DNA of 50,127 nt from Polymyxa betae A26-41 (taxonomy: Eukaryota > Protista > Endomyxa: Phytomyxea), in contig RBZT01000816.1 in the NCBI GenBank assembly GCA_003693705.1, positions 1-50,127 of the forward strand. Direction: 5' to 3'. Shown one piece after another: positions 1-11,777 of this stretch (positions within the stretch are counted from its first letter, which is position 1; the number at the start of each line of letters is the position of its first letter). The notes under the pieces are model-generated. The model saw only the letters and a list, made by a program, of their open reading frames with translations. It did no database searches and had not been told where the DNA came from. Both the position numbers and the translations under genes were made by a program.

Positions 1-248
1 CGTACTGGCCCGGCCAAGTCCAAGTCCGCGACGAGGTCGCGTGCCGCCAAGGAGGCCGACGCGACGGACTCCGAGGCACGCGTCCAAGATCTTTATAAAT
101 TTGTTCCCGGGCCTGTCTCTGGCCACTCTACTATCAGCTCTCTTCCTGTCACCCATTTTCCATTCCAAATAAACCCAGATCCATTGCCATTGATTTGTAG
201 GTTCCCCTTTCGGTTCATTTCACTATGATAGCCCTACATATCATCTAA
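1..248 (+). CDS. Possible 3' end of an upstream gene (partial, unknown product)
   Basis: GC-rich open frame from base 1 (RTGPAKSKSATRSRAAKEADATDSE). A putative GC-AG intron ending tttgtag at ~200 would give EVPLSVHFTMIALHII-TAA. No recognisable domain. Confidence 0.25.
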
Positions 249-445
249 CTTGTTTAATGGAGCAGACACAACATGCTTTAACTCTCTTCCCACCGGTCAT
301 CCTTATCTATGGCAGCGCCTGAGAACATAAAAGGCATTGATTCTAACGAAATTAGCAGATGACATCGCTTCGCTTTTCGGCGTCAGTACGAATTGAACAA
401 TCTCCATTGATTATATTCAGATAAATATAGACGCGAACGCCATCA

Positions 446-3345
446 TTAAACAGATCCGGATACGAAATCATCGGCAGATGGCGACGATGGCTCTGCCGCT
501 CCAGAGGCTTTCGGATCTGGAGCACTGCGTGGTTCTCCGAAGAAGATGGCGCCAATCTGTAATGCCGCCGACATCCCATCATCATGTCCGGAGAATGCTC
601 CGAACTGGACCGGTACGGCCGTGACATGATCTCCGCCGACATCTTCCTCAAGGCTCTGCATCATATGAGCTCGTGTAGCCTCCATCTCACGAGCTTGAAG
701 TCGCCGTTTCCGGCAGCAATAGGTGAGCGAGGCGAGCAGCACGCCGATCACGACGCCGCCGCCTGCGATCCGGAACGATGTTGAGTTCAGATCGATCACG
801 ATTCGACCGGATTCCGACATCGAATAGGGTTCGGCACCGGGCGATTCTGTCTGCAGCAAAGGCAGATCACGATATCGACTCGATGTCGCATCCATCATCG
901 ATGTTCTGAGATCAGCGGTAAATTTACAGATTCAATCGCTGAGATGGGCCGAAACGATAACGAAATGGAAAATGAAGGAAGGAGGCTTACTGAGGTTGAT
1001 TATTATCATTAGATTGTATAGATGCGGGAGATGTTGTATGAGTATTTGATATGATGGATATTATGGAGGGAATTGGTCGAGATGGATTCAATGATAATGC
1101 AGATCTGGAAATCATGTAATGGGAAAGAGTGGTGTTGTGACAATGTCCGGGATACCTGGCTGGTGGTTTAGAAGAGGCTGGGCTGCGAGACACAGATTTC
1201 GGACTCGACGAAATCTTCGATTGTGGTGACGAACTCGAAGGCGGTGATGAACTCGGTGATGCCTTCGAGTTCGAGCTACTTGATTTCGTTCTAAGAAATG
1301 TTAGAAAGGAGCGCACAATGCAAAGCAAACGAAGGATATTTGATATACAGAATGTGAACTGAAAAGTACGACAGGATGGAGTAAGAAGAATCCGCAACAG
1401 GAATCGAGTAAAGCGAATTGTTAATTTGACAACTTTCAGAAACCTCATAAAAAAATAGAATATAGAATACGAACCTGGGTGAAACTGCAGAGGATTTGTT
1501 GGTATTTTTCGAAGGAAAAAAATTGATTGAATAGGAGCTACTGAGTCTTCTGATACTGATAGCTGACTTAGATGGTGATGGCGTATTGGACTGTGATGGA
1601 GACGGCGTTGATGGTGACGGCGTATTAATCGGTGACGATATTGGCGTATAAATCGCTGACGGCAACGACGTATTGTTTGGAGATGGCGACGGCGTATTAA
1701 TCGATGATGATGATGGCGTATTAGCCGGTGATGGCGACGATGTATTATTCGGTGATGGTGAAGGCGTTGACGGTGTCGTCGGCGACGATTTTCGAGTCGT
1801 ATATGGCGACGTCTGAACACACAGAGCACAGGTCAGTGACAAGGGCGTACTGGCTCGCCGTGCGGACCTTTGGTGATGATGGACTTGGACTGGAAAATAC
1901 GTTCGGGGTGCGCCATGGGGTCTCATAGGGATATGAATACCCCATTGGGGTCTTATATGAATACATGAGTGATTGCCATCCAGCCTGATCATACGAATAT
2001 TGATAGAGAGGATCAGGACCAGCATCGGGTCGTAGGGCGTCTGCCATTGTCTTGGACCAGATCGCTGATACACCCTTGATCACGTCATAATGATTATAGA
2101 TGAGATCCCAGCTGGGCCTCTCCAGCCCACGGGATACATCAGAAATAGATCCGTATACAACGCCATCCGCCTGGAAGGGCGTGTACGGCACATGGTACCT
2201 GAATGCCATCAGTAGATGTTTGTGGGAACGCAACAAACAGTGGAGTGAGAATTGCAGAAAACCCTAAACCCTACCCGAGATTGTATTTGGCGATGTATTC
2301 TGATCCACGGAGGATCAGGTTATGGTTGTATGAGAACAGATCACATCCCTGATTCCATGCCGTCTGTGCAATCGCACCCATCATCGGTATCAGTAACGTA
2401 TTCACGGTCTGATTATATCCGGCCTGGGGCGACTGGGCCAGTCCGAACATCGCCTGATCGTACTTGAACGTGTTTGGTAACGAATACGACACCGAGCTGT
2501 CCTGGAAATACCCCATCGCTGTAACATCATGATTAACGAAATTCTCCTCAAATCCCAAAAAATAATAAAATTTCACGTGATTTAAGAAACAGTTCGTGAA
2601 AACGATGAGCACATTCTGATGAAAAAAAAATAACAAATCGTAAAAAAGATGAACACATTTCTTCTGCAGCCATTGACGACTGACCTTGATTGTATATCTC
2701 CGGAAGGTCACATAAGACTCCGATCGACATCATGGTCTGTATCATGGACAGCGCCCTGGTCGAGTACGCCCCCTGATCGGGTCGTGCCATCCATTCCTGA
2801 CATCGTGGTAGGAACACGTTCACCATCATATTCTGAAATCGCTGTATTCGTCCTAATGGCCATCCATCATAATCACGCATTAATTCAGCTGCATTAGCGA
2901 ATATGTGACCACGGGTACCCGTTACATAATACAGGTCTATGTTACCATCCACGGACTTTAACGTCTTCGAATACAGGTCTAATATCCGAGTGCAACGTAA
3001 TGCGTAACGTGTATCGTTAGTGAGTCTCCATAACAGAGCGAGTTGATAGGCGCTATGAACATCCGCACTGAATATGTCATCGTTACGTCCGGTAACGTTG
3101 CCGCACTGGATGACGGGTTCCACGGAGAGCGACGATGTCAGTGAAGCGAGCGGACTGCTGAGCAGTTGATTGTAGGCCGTAGTCCACGGATCTTGATTCA
3201 GTCCGAGCCAGTATCGGACCCAGGTAAACTCCGCATCTGTGTGTAACAGTCCGGGATGTTGAAATGCGGACGGAGTTGCACAGGTCGCACTCTGGGTTGG
3301 TGCAGGCAGATGTAACGTCATGGCCAGAGCCACAACCAGCAGCAT
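446..3345 (-). CDS. Type I membrane protein: signal peptide, alginate-lyase-like (PF05426-type) domain, Ser/Pro/Thr stalk, TM helix, cytoplasmic tail (6 exons)
   Basis: FQHPGLLHT, AYQLALLWRLT, FANAAELMRDY, SIGVLCD, AWNQGCDLFSY, GSEYIAKYNLG, VPYTPF and RPSWDLIYNHY match this family. Frame-consistent GT-AG introns 2684-2519, 2274-2199, 1867-1813, 1567-1291 and 990-906 join five track ORFs. TM IAGGGVVIGVLLASLTYCC is followed by RKRR. Confidence 0.85.
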
Positions 3346-3737
3346 GATGTTACAGATATTAATGTTACCACCACTGACAATTTCGGTACAAATGTCGCAT
3401 GCCGCCTTTGAAATATCTTCCAGGGTCCAACCAGTTTCCTTTCAATGGAACGTAAACCGGCGGTGTCCGCCATCCAGTCCGGCCCGTTATCCGTTGGGCA
3501 GGTACGGCATCGAGAGCAGGCTGCACTTCTGCTTCCATATTGTATTCTATTCGAAGAGATAGAAAGGATGGCGAGGCGTTGATGAATATGTTGACAATGA
3601 ACCAGAAGCTCACAGTTCTATTGACGAACGTAAATCGTAGAGATGTCAGGAATATCAACAGACAAGTACGACGATGATTGAGCTTTCAATGTTGTTCGTC
3701 ATTGAATCTGTAAGCGCCCTGACAATCAGCACCATAA

Positions 3738-4490
3738 TCTTACGAATCCGATCTGTTGATAATATTGAAGACCCCATCCAATTCCATCACAATCTGATGC
3801 TCAACAAATATTCACCAATGTCGCCGTGTTGATCCGAACACGATTGAACTGAACTGATTCTCCTCCTTGATCATCCGCAAACCAAACAGAGACCGACCAC
3901 AGAACTGATTGGATTCATCGAAGCCCGAACAATATTCGACTACCGTCTTTCCCAGCATAAATCGCTTATAAGGGGAGAATTTCTCTCTACAAATAATGCT
4001 TCAGCAGTGATTGCCTCCCATATTAGATACGTCTTATACTCATAATATGCCATCAATTCGAGGTTCAAATAGCTTTTATGGCAACGGGAACTTTTCTCTG
4101 GCTTTCACCATAATATTCGATCAGACAACCATATTTACAAAGGTGCATTGAAATGATATCACCGTCTATGGCTATCACTATCAATGCCAACATAAATCCC
4201 AACGACGAATTCGGGTCGGTTTATCAACAGCTCTCAATAACCGACTTGAACTCAATTTGGCAGAAAATCAGGTTTTAAGATTCGTGCTGTTTCCACAAAA
4301 TCTCAAATCGAAACAGCTTGAATGTCTCTCTGCCAGCCGAGACTTCTTAAATGATGATGAATATGAGCAAATCGAAACATTCAAGAGCGGACTATTCCCG
4401 CATCCAGTTGCTCATATATTTGGTGGTTTATTGGTACAAGAACTCCATACAAACTACAATCTATTGCAATCTCATATTTTCGTCTATCAC
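3738..4490 (+). pseudogene. Possible decayed ORF of unknown origin
   Basis: One frame reads protein-like for ~250 codons, continuing into track ORF 4257. It is interrupted by TGA at 3795, 3855, 3906, 4008, 4149 and TAA at 3969. No family recognised. Confidence 0.25.
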
Positions 4491-5896
4491 CATGGCGGAT
4501 CGGTCAGGGCGGACTCGGTCTGCACGTCATCCGGCGACTCGCGCGGCATCAGCGTGCCCAGTACGCCTTCGTACAGGGCCGGGGTCTTGGCCGCATACTG
4601 CAACAGCCAGAGTTTACAATGTTGCGGGACTGCATGAAAGAAGGGATGCGCGATCAGAAACAGGAACAGATCGACCTCTCTGTTCTCGATTAAATGTAAA
4701 AGATACATCATGAAATCATCAATAGCAGAGAGAATCACAGTTGAGAATCCGCACACACTCAACAGATCGTTCTCACGGACCAGGAACAGCAGGTGGAACA
4801 GCGTCGTACCGGCCCGCGTCTCCTGATACAGGTTGATATTGGGGACTTCCAGGAGAAGTTTGACGGCGTCGTACGCCTGTTTGAAGAGAGCGTAGAAGAG
4901 CGGCGTCCGATGATGATTGTCGATGGCGTTAACGAGGTCGTAGAAGAAGGGTTTATCGAGCAGACGCTGAATATGACCGTATTTGTGATGTTCGATCAGA
5001 TAGAAGATCAGCTGAAGGAAATCGCGCGGATTCGATCGAATTCGAAATCGGAAGACCGGAGTCGCCAGCAACGCATCCAGATGCCGTGACGTCTGATGGC
5101 CGAGATATTTCTCCGGCACGCTCGCGATGTCGTCGGAGTACAGCAGCGGGAGAATGTCCGGGACGTGGTGAGGATGGATGGCCACGGACTTGAGGAACTC
5201 GCGCATCCCGAACCGGATCCCGTACCGCTGCAGGGCCAGCAGCATCGCGGGCGTCGTGATCGCCGACGGGAAGTTCTGGCACAGATACGTGGCGAGTTCC
5301 GGATTGCGCGGGAACACGCGGTCGAAGGGCGCCGGATAGCGTCGTCGTACTGCCTCAATCAGATCCGGATCGAACTCCGCCGACGGTTTCTGTGAATCCT
5401 GAAGATAGGCGTCGATATAAGGCAGGAGCCAGGGCGGCAATCCGTCCAGGTCCTTCGGCACGTCCAAGTCCGGAGCGTTCGCGACGAGTTCGGCGAGGTC
5501 CGGACGCAGCGGCGGCGACGCCAACACCGATTGGAAGACGGCGCGATTCACGACGCAGAGCAGCGTCTGCAGTTCGAGCTTGACGTCGACGGAGAGGAAG
5601 GGCGCCTGCAGGACGTGGTCGTACAGGCTCGTGGCGACCTGCGGCGTGATCAGCTGCGTGTATCGTCGCAGACCCGGCCATCGATGCAGGTCTTCGGCGA
5701 GTTCACGAAGGCGCTGGGCGATCTCGACGTCGTCGACCTGTCCGTGGACGAAGTTCTGGATGGCGCACGGCACCCGACAGAGCCGATGCAGACGATGACA
5801 CGTCTGACCGAGCTGAGCGACCTCCAGGGCGGCCGTGTCGCCGATGATCTCGGCGACGAGATCGTCGGGTAATGCGTCCCAGCTGCTCTGTAGCAT
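4487..5896 (-). CDS. Intronless F-box + ankyrin-repeat protein
   Basis: N-terminal WDALPDDLVAEII...LGQTCHRLHRL (F-box). VNAIDNHHRTPLFYALFKQAYDAVKLLLEVPNINLYQETRAGTTLFHL (ankyrin). ATG at 5896 preferred over the upstream GTG of the ORF track. Confidence 0.8.
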   Translation of the reverse strand: MLQSSWDALPDDLVAEIIGDTAALEVAQLGQTCHRLHRLCRVPCAIQNFVHGQVDDVEIAQRLRELAEDLHRWPGLRRYTQLITPQVATSLYDHVLQAPFLSVDVKLELQTLLCVVNRAVFQSVLASPPLRPDLAELVANAPDLDVPKDLDGLPPWLLPYIDAYLQDSQKPSAEFDPDLIEAVRRRYPAPFDRVFPRNPELATYLCQNFPSAITTPAMLLALQRYGIRFGMREFLKSVAIHPHHVPDILPLLYSDDIASVPEKYLGHQTSRHLDALLATPVFRFRIRSNPRDFLQLIFYLIEHHKYGHIQRLLDKPFFYDLVNAIDNHHRTPLFYALFKQAYDAVKLLLEVPNINLYQETRAGTTLFHLLFLVRENDLLSVCGFSTVILSAIDDFMMYLLHLIENREVDLFLFLIAHPFFHAVPQHCKLWLLQYAAKTPALYEGVLGTLMPRESPDDVQTESALTDPPW

Positions 5897-6454
5897 CGGA
5901 TCGGGATCCACCGCTCTCAACCGATTGTTTCGAATCGGTTGAATTGTTGATACGTTACCAAGCGGCCAGCGGGGGGGGGGTGGGGGGCGAGTACGACGAC
6001 ACACAGGGATGGCAGGCTGCGCTTCTGAATATTCATTGATTCGCGCGTCATGAATGCATTGGAAACCCTAAACCCCCTTCCACCTGAATGAATCAAGAAC
6101 CAGGTCCTCCGATCGCCAAAATTAATATGAATTCGAATTTTTTGTAAAAAAATGAAATATGTTTTCCACCATTCGGAGTTGTTTCACGATCTCACAGATC
6201 CGATGTTGATAATGAAATGATCGTGGTCATCTGATCGTATGATCATCGAATATTCACCTCGATGATCATGAAGGCGGAAATGTACGATGGTGATTTCGAG
6301 CTTGACAATGGCCATGACAGACTAGAAGCGCGAGGATCACAATCATAATTGGGTATCGGGACAATTAGATGGTCTCAGCAGAGCGAAAGACCGGAAACAA
6401 TCACACTATGTCACCTTGACAGTGTTTATTGCTGCATATTTGATCAACAAATAT

Positions 6455-6526
6455 GGAGGATTGGCCTAGGGGCAGGGCGTGGGATTCCAGACCCCAAGAT
6501 CGGCGGTTCGAATCCGTCATCCTTCA
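6455..6526 (+). tRNA. trnW: tRNA-Trp(CCA)
   Basis: Acceptor stem GGAGGAT/ATCCTTC, D-arm GCCT..GGGC, anticodon loop TT-CCA-GA, T-arm GGCGG-TTCGAAT-CCGTC, then an oligo-T Pol III terminator. A31-C39 mismatch. Confidence 0.92.
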
Positions 6527-6554
6527 TCTTTTTTTTCGAAAGAATGCGATCGTC

Positions 6555-6860
6555 ATGACCAGCAGGACGTGCCTTCGTATGTTGGTTCATCTTGTCTACG
6601 TAATCACGCTTGCTCTAGGCCTGAGGCCGCTTTCTTGTTGGGCGCTTTCTTCAACGGTGCGGTTTTGACCGGAATTGACACAATAGGCGAATGCTTTCAG
6701 GCCAAAAGTTCAAGTAATCGGGAAACGTCTTTCGTCTCGCGAATCTCGATAACATTGTTAATCGACTTGATGTCGGTGAACGAGATTCGCCCTGAAAAAC
6801 TCTTCAGCAATACATTCACAGGAAGTTGCGAATTGGGACTGTTTTCTGAAATCGCTCTTT
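6555..6860 (-). pseudogene. Decayed ORF fragment next to the tRNA (possible TE relic)
   Basis: Minus frame ...DVSRLLELLA*KHSPIVSIPVKTAPLKKAPNKKAASGLEQA*LRRQDEP has in-frame TGAs in Arg-compatible contexts (CGA>TGA). Confidence 0.3.
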
Positions 6861-7034
6861 ATGGCTTTGAATGAATTCCAAATCGAATACTGTCAAATGA
6901 TTGCCATACAGGTCCTAAGAGCGGAAGTACAGCTGAGAGTTGTCAACATGTCATGATTCGTTGACATTCCGATTCCGCCTCCTGCAATTCCTGCCTTCCT
7001 GCAAACAGGCAATCTGCGCGAGACTCGTTGCTAC

Positions 7035-7076
7035 ACGCGATTAGGGTTTTCTGCAGTACGCGATTAGGGTTTTCTG
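7035..7076 (+). promoter_or_regulatory. 19-bp direct repeat containing a telo-box, just upstream of the Mia40-like gene
   Basis: ACGCGATTAGGGTTTTCTG at 7035-7053 and 7058-7076, ending 8 nt before ATG 7085. Confidence 0.55.
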
Positions 7077-7084
7077 GACATTTG

Positions 7085-7696
7085 ATGCTGGTTTCGAGAA
7101 TGTCGTCCTTTATCCGACCTCTAGCCGCATCAGTGCTAGGGCTCGGTCTTGGTCTGCATGCTGTACGTCAAAGCCAGGCGGACGTCGAACCTGTACCAGC
7201 AGCTGGGCGCGCGTCCTTGATCGATTTGAACCTGGAACGCGAGGCCGAGGACATCATCGCCGACGCCAAATGCCCATCCTGCCTGAGAGAGGCGTTGAGT
7301 GGCCCATGTGGTGGTGCCTTTCTGCTTCTGTTTCGATGTCAGGATAAGGTCACTGATGCCGACATCGAGAATGGCGCTTGTGATACTCAATGGAGAAATT
7401 TCAGTGAATGCTACAGGTGGACATTTTTCTATATTTTTTTCATATTTTTCCTATATTTTTCATCTCATCAATTAGCATTGTTGCAAAAGATTCGTTTTAC
7501 ACAGCGAAATTACTGAATGCATTTTGTTTTCGCTGTCGACTTCCTGTTTATTCTGTTTCGCAGGAGTAATTTGGCATATTATGACGAGAGGCGACGGCTT
7601 TGGGAGGAGGAAGATCGGAAGCACCAGGACAGTGAAGCTGAAGCGTCAGCTACTGGTGAGATGGATGACGTCATCGCCTCTCCATCTTCTCCATAA
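7085..7696 (+). CDS. MIA40: Mia40/CHCHD4-like mitochondrial IMS oxidoreductase (twin CX9C) with CPSC motif (2 exons)
   Basis: CPSCLREALSGPC-x9-C...C-x9-C matches the Mia40 layout (CPC..GPCG..F..CF..C...F..C). N-terminal presequence-like and hydrophobic segment. Intron 7417-7563; acidic tail ending at TAA 7696. Confidence 0.72.
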
Positions 7697-7957
7697 ACTT
7701 ACCGATTGTCCATTGTTTCACTAAATTGCCTAAATTAGCATTATTCTCGGTCGTGTTTCAAATCTAAGTTTCTTAAAATCTGTTTCCTATCTTCAATGAC
7801 CTTACAAGAGAAATGCAGGATACTCTTCACAAAGCATTTGGATTTTCCTTGATGAAGGTGATTGACGATAATGATCTGACAGAAAGGGATGCCAAAAGAA
7901 ATGTTGCTAATTTGTATTAGCCAAAATAAGAATGATGGACAAGCAGCCACGATGCTC

Positions 7958-9353
7958 TCAGTTTTCGCCATCTCGAACGAGAACCATGCGATAACGAACC
8001 GCGTTCTTCTCGATCTTCGCCATAGCCTCATTACAGGTCTGTTCATTCATTGGCAAAATCTCAGTCATAGCCTAACGAATAATCAACCAAGTTATCAGAT
8101 AGCCGAGACACAGAATGACCTCAATCTTATGGTCTGCAGCGAATTGAAGCATCTCGACAATCTCGGATTTGCTGGCAAGGAAAGACCCCATCAAGGTTAG
8201 TTGGCCCACCACAAGCATTGCAGAGCTGAATTCGACCTTGGTCGTCGCAGCAACAGTGGCCAATTTACCCTCTCTTTTCAACAGACTCAGATACGGCGTC
8301 AAATCGAGAGATTTAGTTGAAACAGTCGACAAAAGGACATCTGTTATCAATTGACATTCTTTTCTTATAGAAACAGATTCTTCTTACCGCAGGTGCCATT
8401 ATGGGCCATCACTTGCTGCTTATCGGTGATGTTCAAGAAGTGTTGGGCGCCTAGCTTCATGGCTTCATCTTTCTTGTTCGCAGATGTGGAGATCGCCTAC
8501 AATCCATGATCATCGAGAACAACGCACGAAGGAATGGATCTTGCAACTGTCTCACAGCCGAGTTTACTGGCAAACTGAATAGCAATATGGCCTAAGACAA
8601 AGATGAGCGATGCTGGAAATGATCGAATCAAGTTGAAGTACCTAAACCACCGATTCCAATGATACCGACTTTACTGCCCTGCTTAGCGCCGCTTCGTATC
8701 AAAGGTGCCCATGTTGTGATACCAGCACACATCAGAGGAGCAGCTTTCGCCTACACGATCACAATCGTTAACAACAGCGCTCACAGAATAGCAACAGAAC
8801 ATCAACAACGCGAAGTGAATAGAAAGATTCATAATCTCAACTAACTGTGTCGAGTCCATCAGGAATCGGGAAGACCCATTTCGACGAGCATCGAACTCGG
8901 TCAGCGAATCCTCCAAACGTGAACGGCTGCCTTTGATCACCGGTTCTCGAGTTGTAGTTCTGCTGTTGCTTGGCGCAGATGTTCTCTTTGCCGGATTTAC
9001 AGGAAGGGCATTGCTCACAGCAGCCGATCTGCGGTCCACAGCCAACTCGCTGGCCGATTCTCACCCCAGAAGCCTTCGGTCCTGTAGATCGTATTAGCAT
9101 CGACAATCGTAGATGTGAGCGCTTTACCCATAGCGACGATTTTCCCGATAACCTCATGACCTGGAACGAGCGGGTAATTCCCAATGTGCCAATCGTTGTT
9201 GATCTGATGGAGATCAGAGTGGCAAACACCGCAGGCGAGAATTTGGATTTCGACATGATCGTCAGCTAATGGCAAAGGCTTGTAATTGAATGGGACCATT
9301 GGCCCTCCAGCCTTCATTGCAGCGAATCCATGGAATTCAGCGTCACTTGACAT
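7958..9353 (-). CDS. Zn-dependent NADP(H) alcohol dehydrogenase, cinnamyl-alcohol dehydrogenase family (multi-exon)
   Basis: [18 protein letters not shown]-x2-C-x2-C-x7-C structural Zn site, [31 protein letters not shown]-terminus. Confidence 0.93.
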
Positions 9354-10402
9354 GATGATCGTGAAGTAGAAGTCGATAAAAGAACTGAAGGTGTTGTAAA
9401 AGTCGATTTAAGAAGTGGAGAGAAGTCGATGGAAAGGGTTCTGACATTGGGGATCGTGCTGCTCTGATCCGATCGTCTGTGATGGGCATCGGATCTGAGA
9501 CCAAAGTGCACCTTTACCATGACTATGATAGAAACCTCTGGAATCGTCAGATGCTGCTGGATTGAGTCGTGACCCAATTCTCTGTGATGGGCACCTGCTG
9601 ACCCTGATATGCTGAGACCAGAGTCCACCTTCACCAATGCCTATCATAGAATGATCTGTTGAATGAGAATGATCTATTGAATGCTCGAAGACAGTCCGCC
9701 TGACTGCATGACATGTGAAAGAACCGCCTTCGCGATCATACAACCGACGAGTCATAAAAAGGTCAATAAGGCCATGGCTGTACGATTGCAATCAGCGGTC
9801 GTGTGTGTGTGGGTGACGACTTAAAACGGCTCTGCTTCCAGTTTAGCTGTATTTTGCTGACCATCGGCCTACGTCCCATCTTCTCAAGATCTTCGATCAA
9901 ACCAGCAGATTCTTTCGGCGACGTTTTGTAAAACGTGTTTCTGTATCTAAAAATATTGAAGATGTTCCATCGTTGTTCTCGAAAGCTGCTACGCCAATAC
10001 AATAGACAAAATAGTGTTGTCGCATAAATCAACTCAAAGTAAACTGGGTTTTGTTTCGATCAAGCTGGCTTGCGGATTGCAGTTCTCTCACATCCATTCT
10101 TCGATCATGATGAAAGCAGAAAGAAACTATCAGTAACCATGACATGATCTTGTTCGTGGAATGAGGGTCCGAATCCTAACCTTTCTCATTTGTACGTCAT
10201 ATTTTCCGAAATCATCAGGCGATAGAGCCTTCTGTATATCTGAGATTTAGAAAATACATGAAGGCGACTGATTGCAATCGGATAGTTAACCTGAACAAGT
10301 GTTTTTGTTAAGAAATAGACAGTGAGTGAGTAGGTCATACAGATTATATACAATTATACATAGAATGATAGTTAATAGTACAAGATAAATCTGTAGAGAA
10401 CG

Positions 10403-11777
10403 CTACAGCGATTTCTTGAAAACACATTGCAGCCATCGGCGCTGCATTTCCAGGTTTTCCTTCCGATTCACGACAACTTTCTCGACGATCGTGCTGGAGA
10501 CTACCTCGAAACCTTGGTCCATAAACAGCTGCTCTAATTCCTCCTGACAAAGCACGACTCAGTCATTACCTCATCAATGAAGCAGCCGAACATAACAAAA
10601 GCGGCAATAATTCGTGCAAATTTTGCAGCCTTTAATTACCTTTTTGAAGAAATATGACAGGGTCCCATCACCACGAATATATAGATCGGTATCAAGTCGA
10701 GATTTGCAATCAAACCTAAACACAGCCATTGAATAACGGACATGAAAGCTTTGTAAGAGCAAGATGAAGAAAGTTTCTGAGCTGAGCAAAAAATGTACCT
10801 GAGTTGGGTCATGTCTTTGTGAGCGTAATCACGAATGACAACGATGCCGCCGCCTCTTAGTACGTTTCGAATATTGTCGACGACGCGCCTAGACAAAGGT
10901 CAAACAAACACGAGCAGAAAGAAGAAGCTCAGCAAAACACTCAATTCATAATAAGCGACGATGACAGTAAAACAGTGATTTCAATAGATTTGCGATCAAT
11001 CAAACAAATAGTAAAAACACAATGTTGAGAGTTACCGCAAGCTGATGGGGACGATCGCTGACAAGGCGAACAGCATGGTGCAAATGTCGACGTTGCGAAC
11101 TGTCTCAGGAAACGGCTGCGTCATATCGTGAACAAACGCTGTGATACGTTCAGGATCGAATTCGGCATGGTTTCGCAACATGTTGATGGATCGATCGGAG
11201 AAGTCCACGGCGACAGCATCGAGGTTCGGGAGCGTCGCTAACAGCGGGAATAGAGCGTTCCCAACACCACAGCCACATTCTGTTGATAGATCAGTTGAAA
11301 CCAGCAAGCCTCTAATTCCAAGTTGAAAAACGAAACGATCAACAAACAGGATGTGATAAGCCAAATGTTCGAATGTCAAAAATCCACCTAGTAAAAGCGG
11401 GCGGCGATCGGTGATCGTTCGAATAGCGTCGAGTTCAGGAAATTCGTGCAGAAGGTAATGTCGATCCTGATCACATGAACTAAGCAACAGCAATCATTCG
11501 ATTTGCTGCATCGAGCACCGAAACAAACATGCTGCGAAACGGCGAAAAAAACTCTCGAGATTCTGACAGAGCAATCCAGTATGATTACCTTGAAGAAACG
11601 ATCTGTATTATCTCGATAGAAGAGATCCCAATGACGCCGAGTCTCGGTACAGTAATAGGATTTGAGCTTCTCGGGGATGGAATGGCGCTCGTGCTGGGCC
11701 AGGATATCGTCCTGCGACAGCGTCGGAACCTGAGCGGCGTCGACGGCTCGGCCGCAGACGTAGCGCTGCGAGGCCAT
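10403..11777 (-). CDS. METTL6: tRNA N3-methylcytidine methyltransferase, METTL2/METTL6/Trm140 family
   Basis: WDLFY..N..RFFKDRHYL..EFPEL, ECGCGVGN..FPL, DFS, FALSAI, RDYA..DMTQLRF, YIRGDGT.SYFF, NRKE.LEM.R.WLQ across six exons. Confidence 0.9.

Noticed and set aside
987-1829. 280-aa Arg/His-rich ORF
   Set aside because: Its N-terminal part is an alternative frame of the S/P/T stalk exon plus intron; only the last part is a real exon of the lyase-like gene.
2258-2274. True telomere or chromosome end
   Set aside because: Only about two repeat units, internal to an intron; treated under the dispersed-motif finding.
4793-5872. Multiple overlapping ORFs within the F-box gene
   Set aside because: Antisense or shadow frames expected in GC-rich coding DNA.
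9477-9645. Imperfect direct repeat upstream of ADH
   Set aside because: Only two degenerate copies, with no evidence of function.
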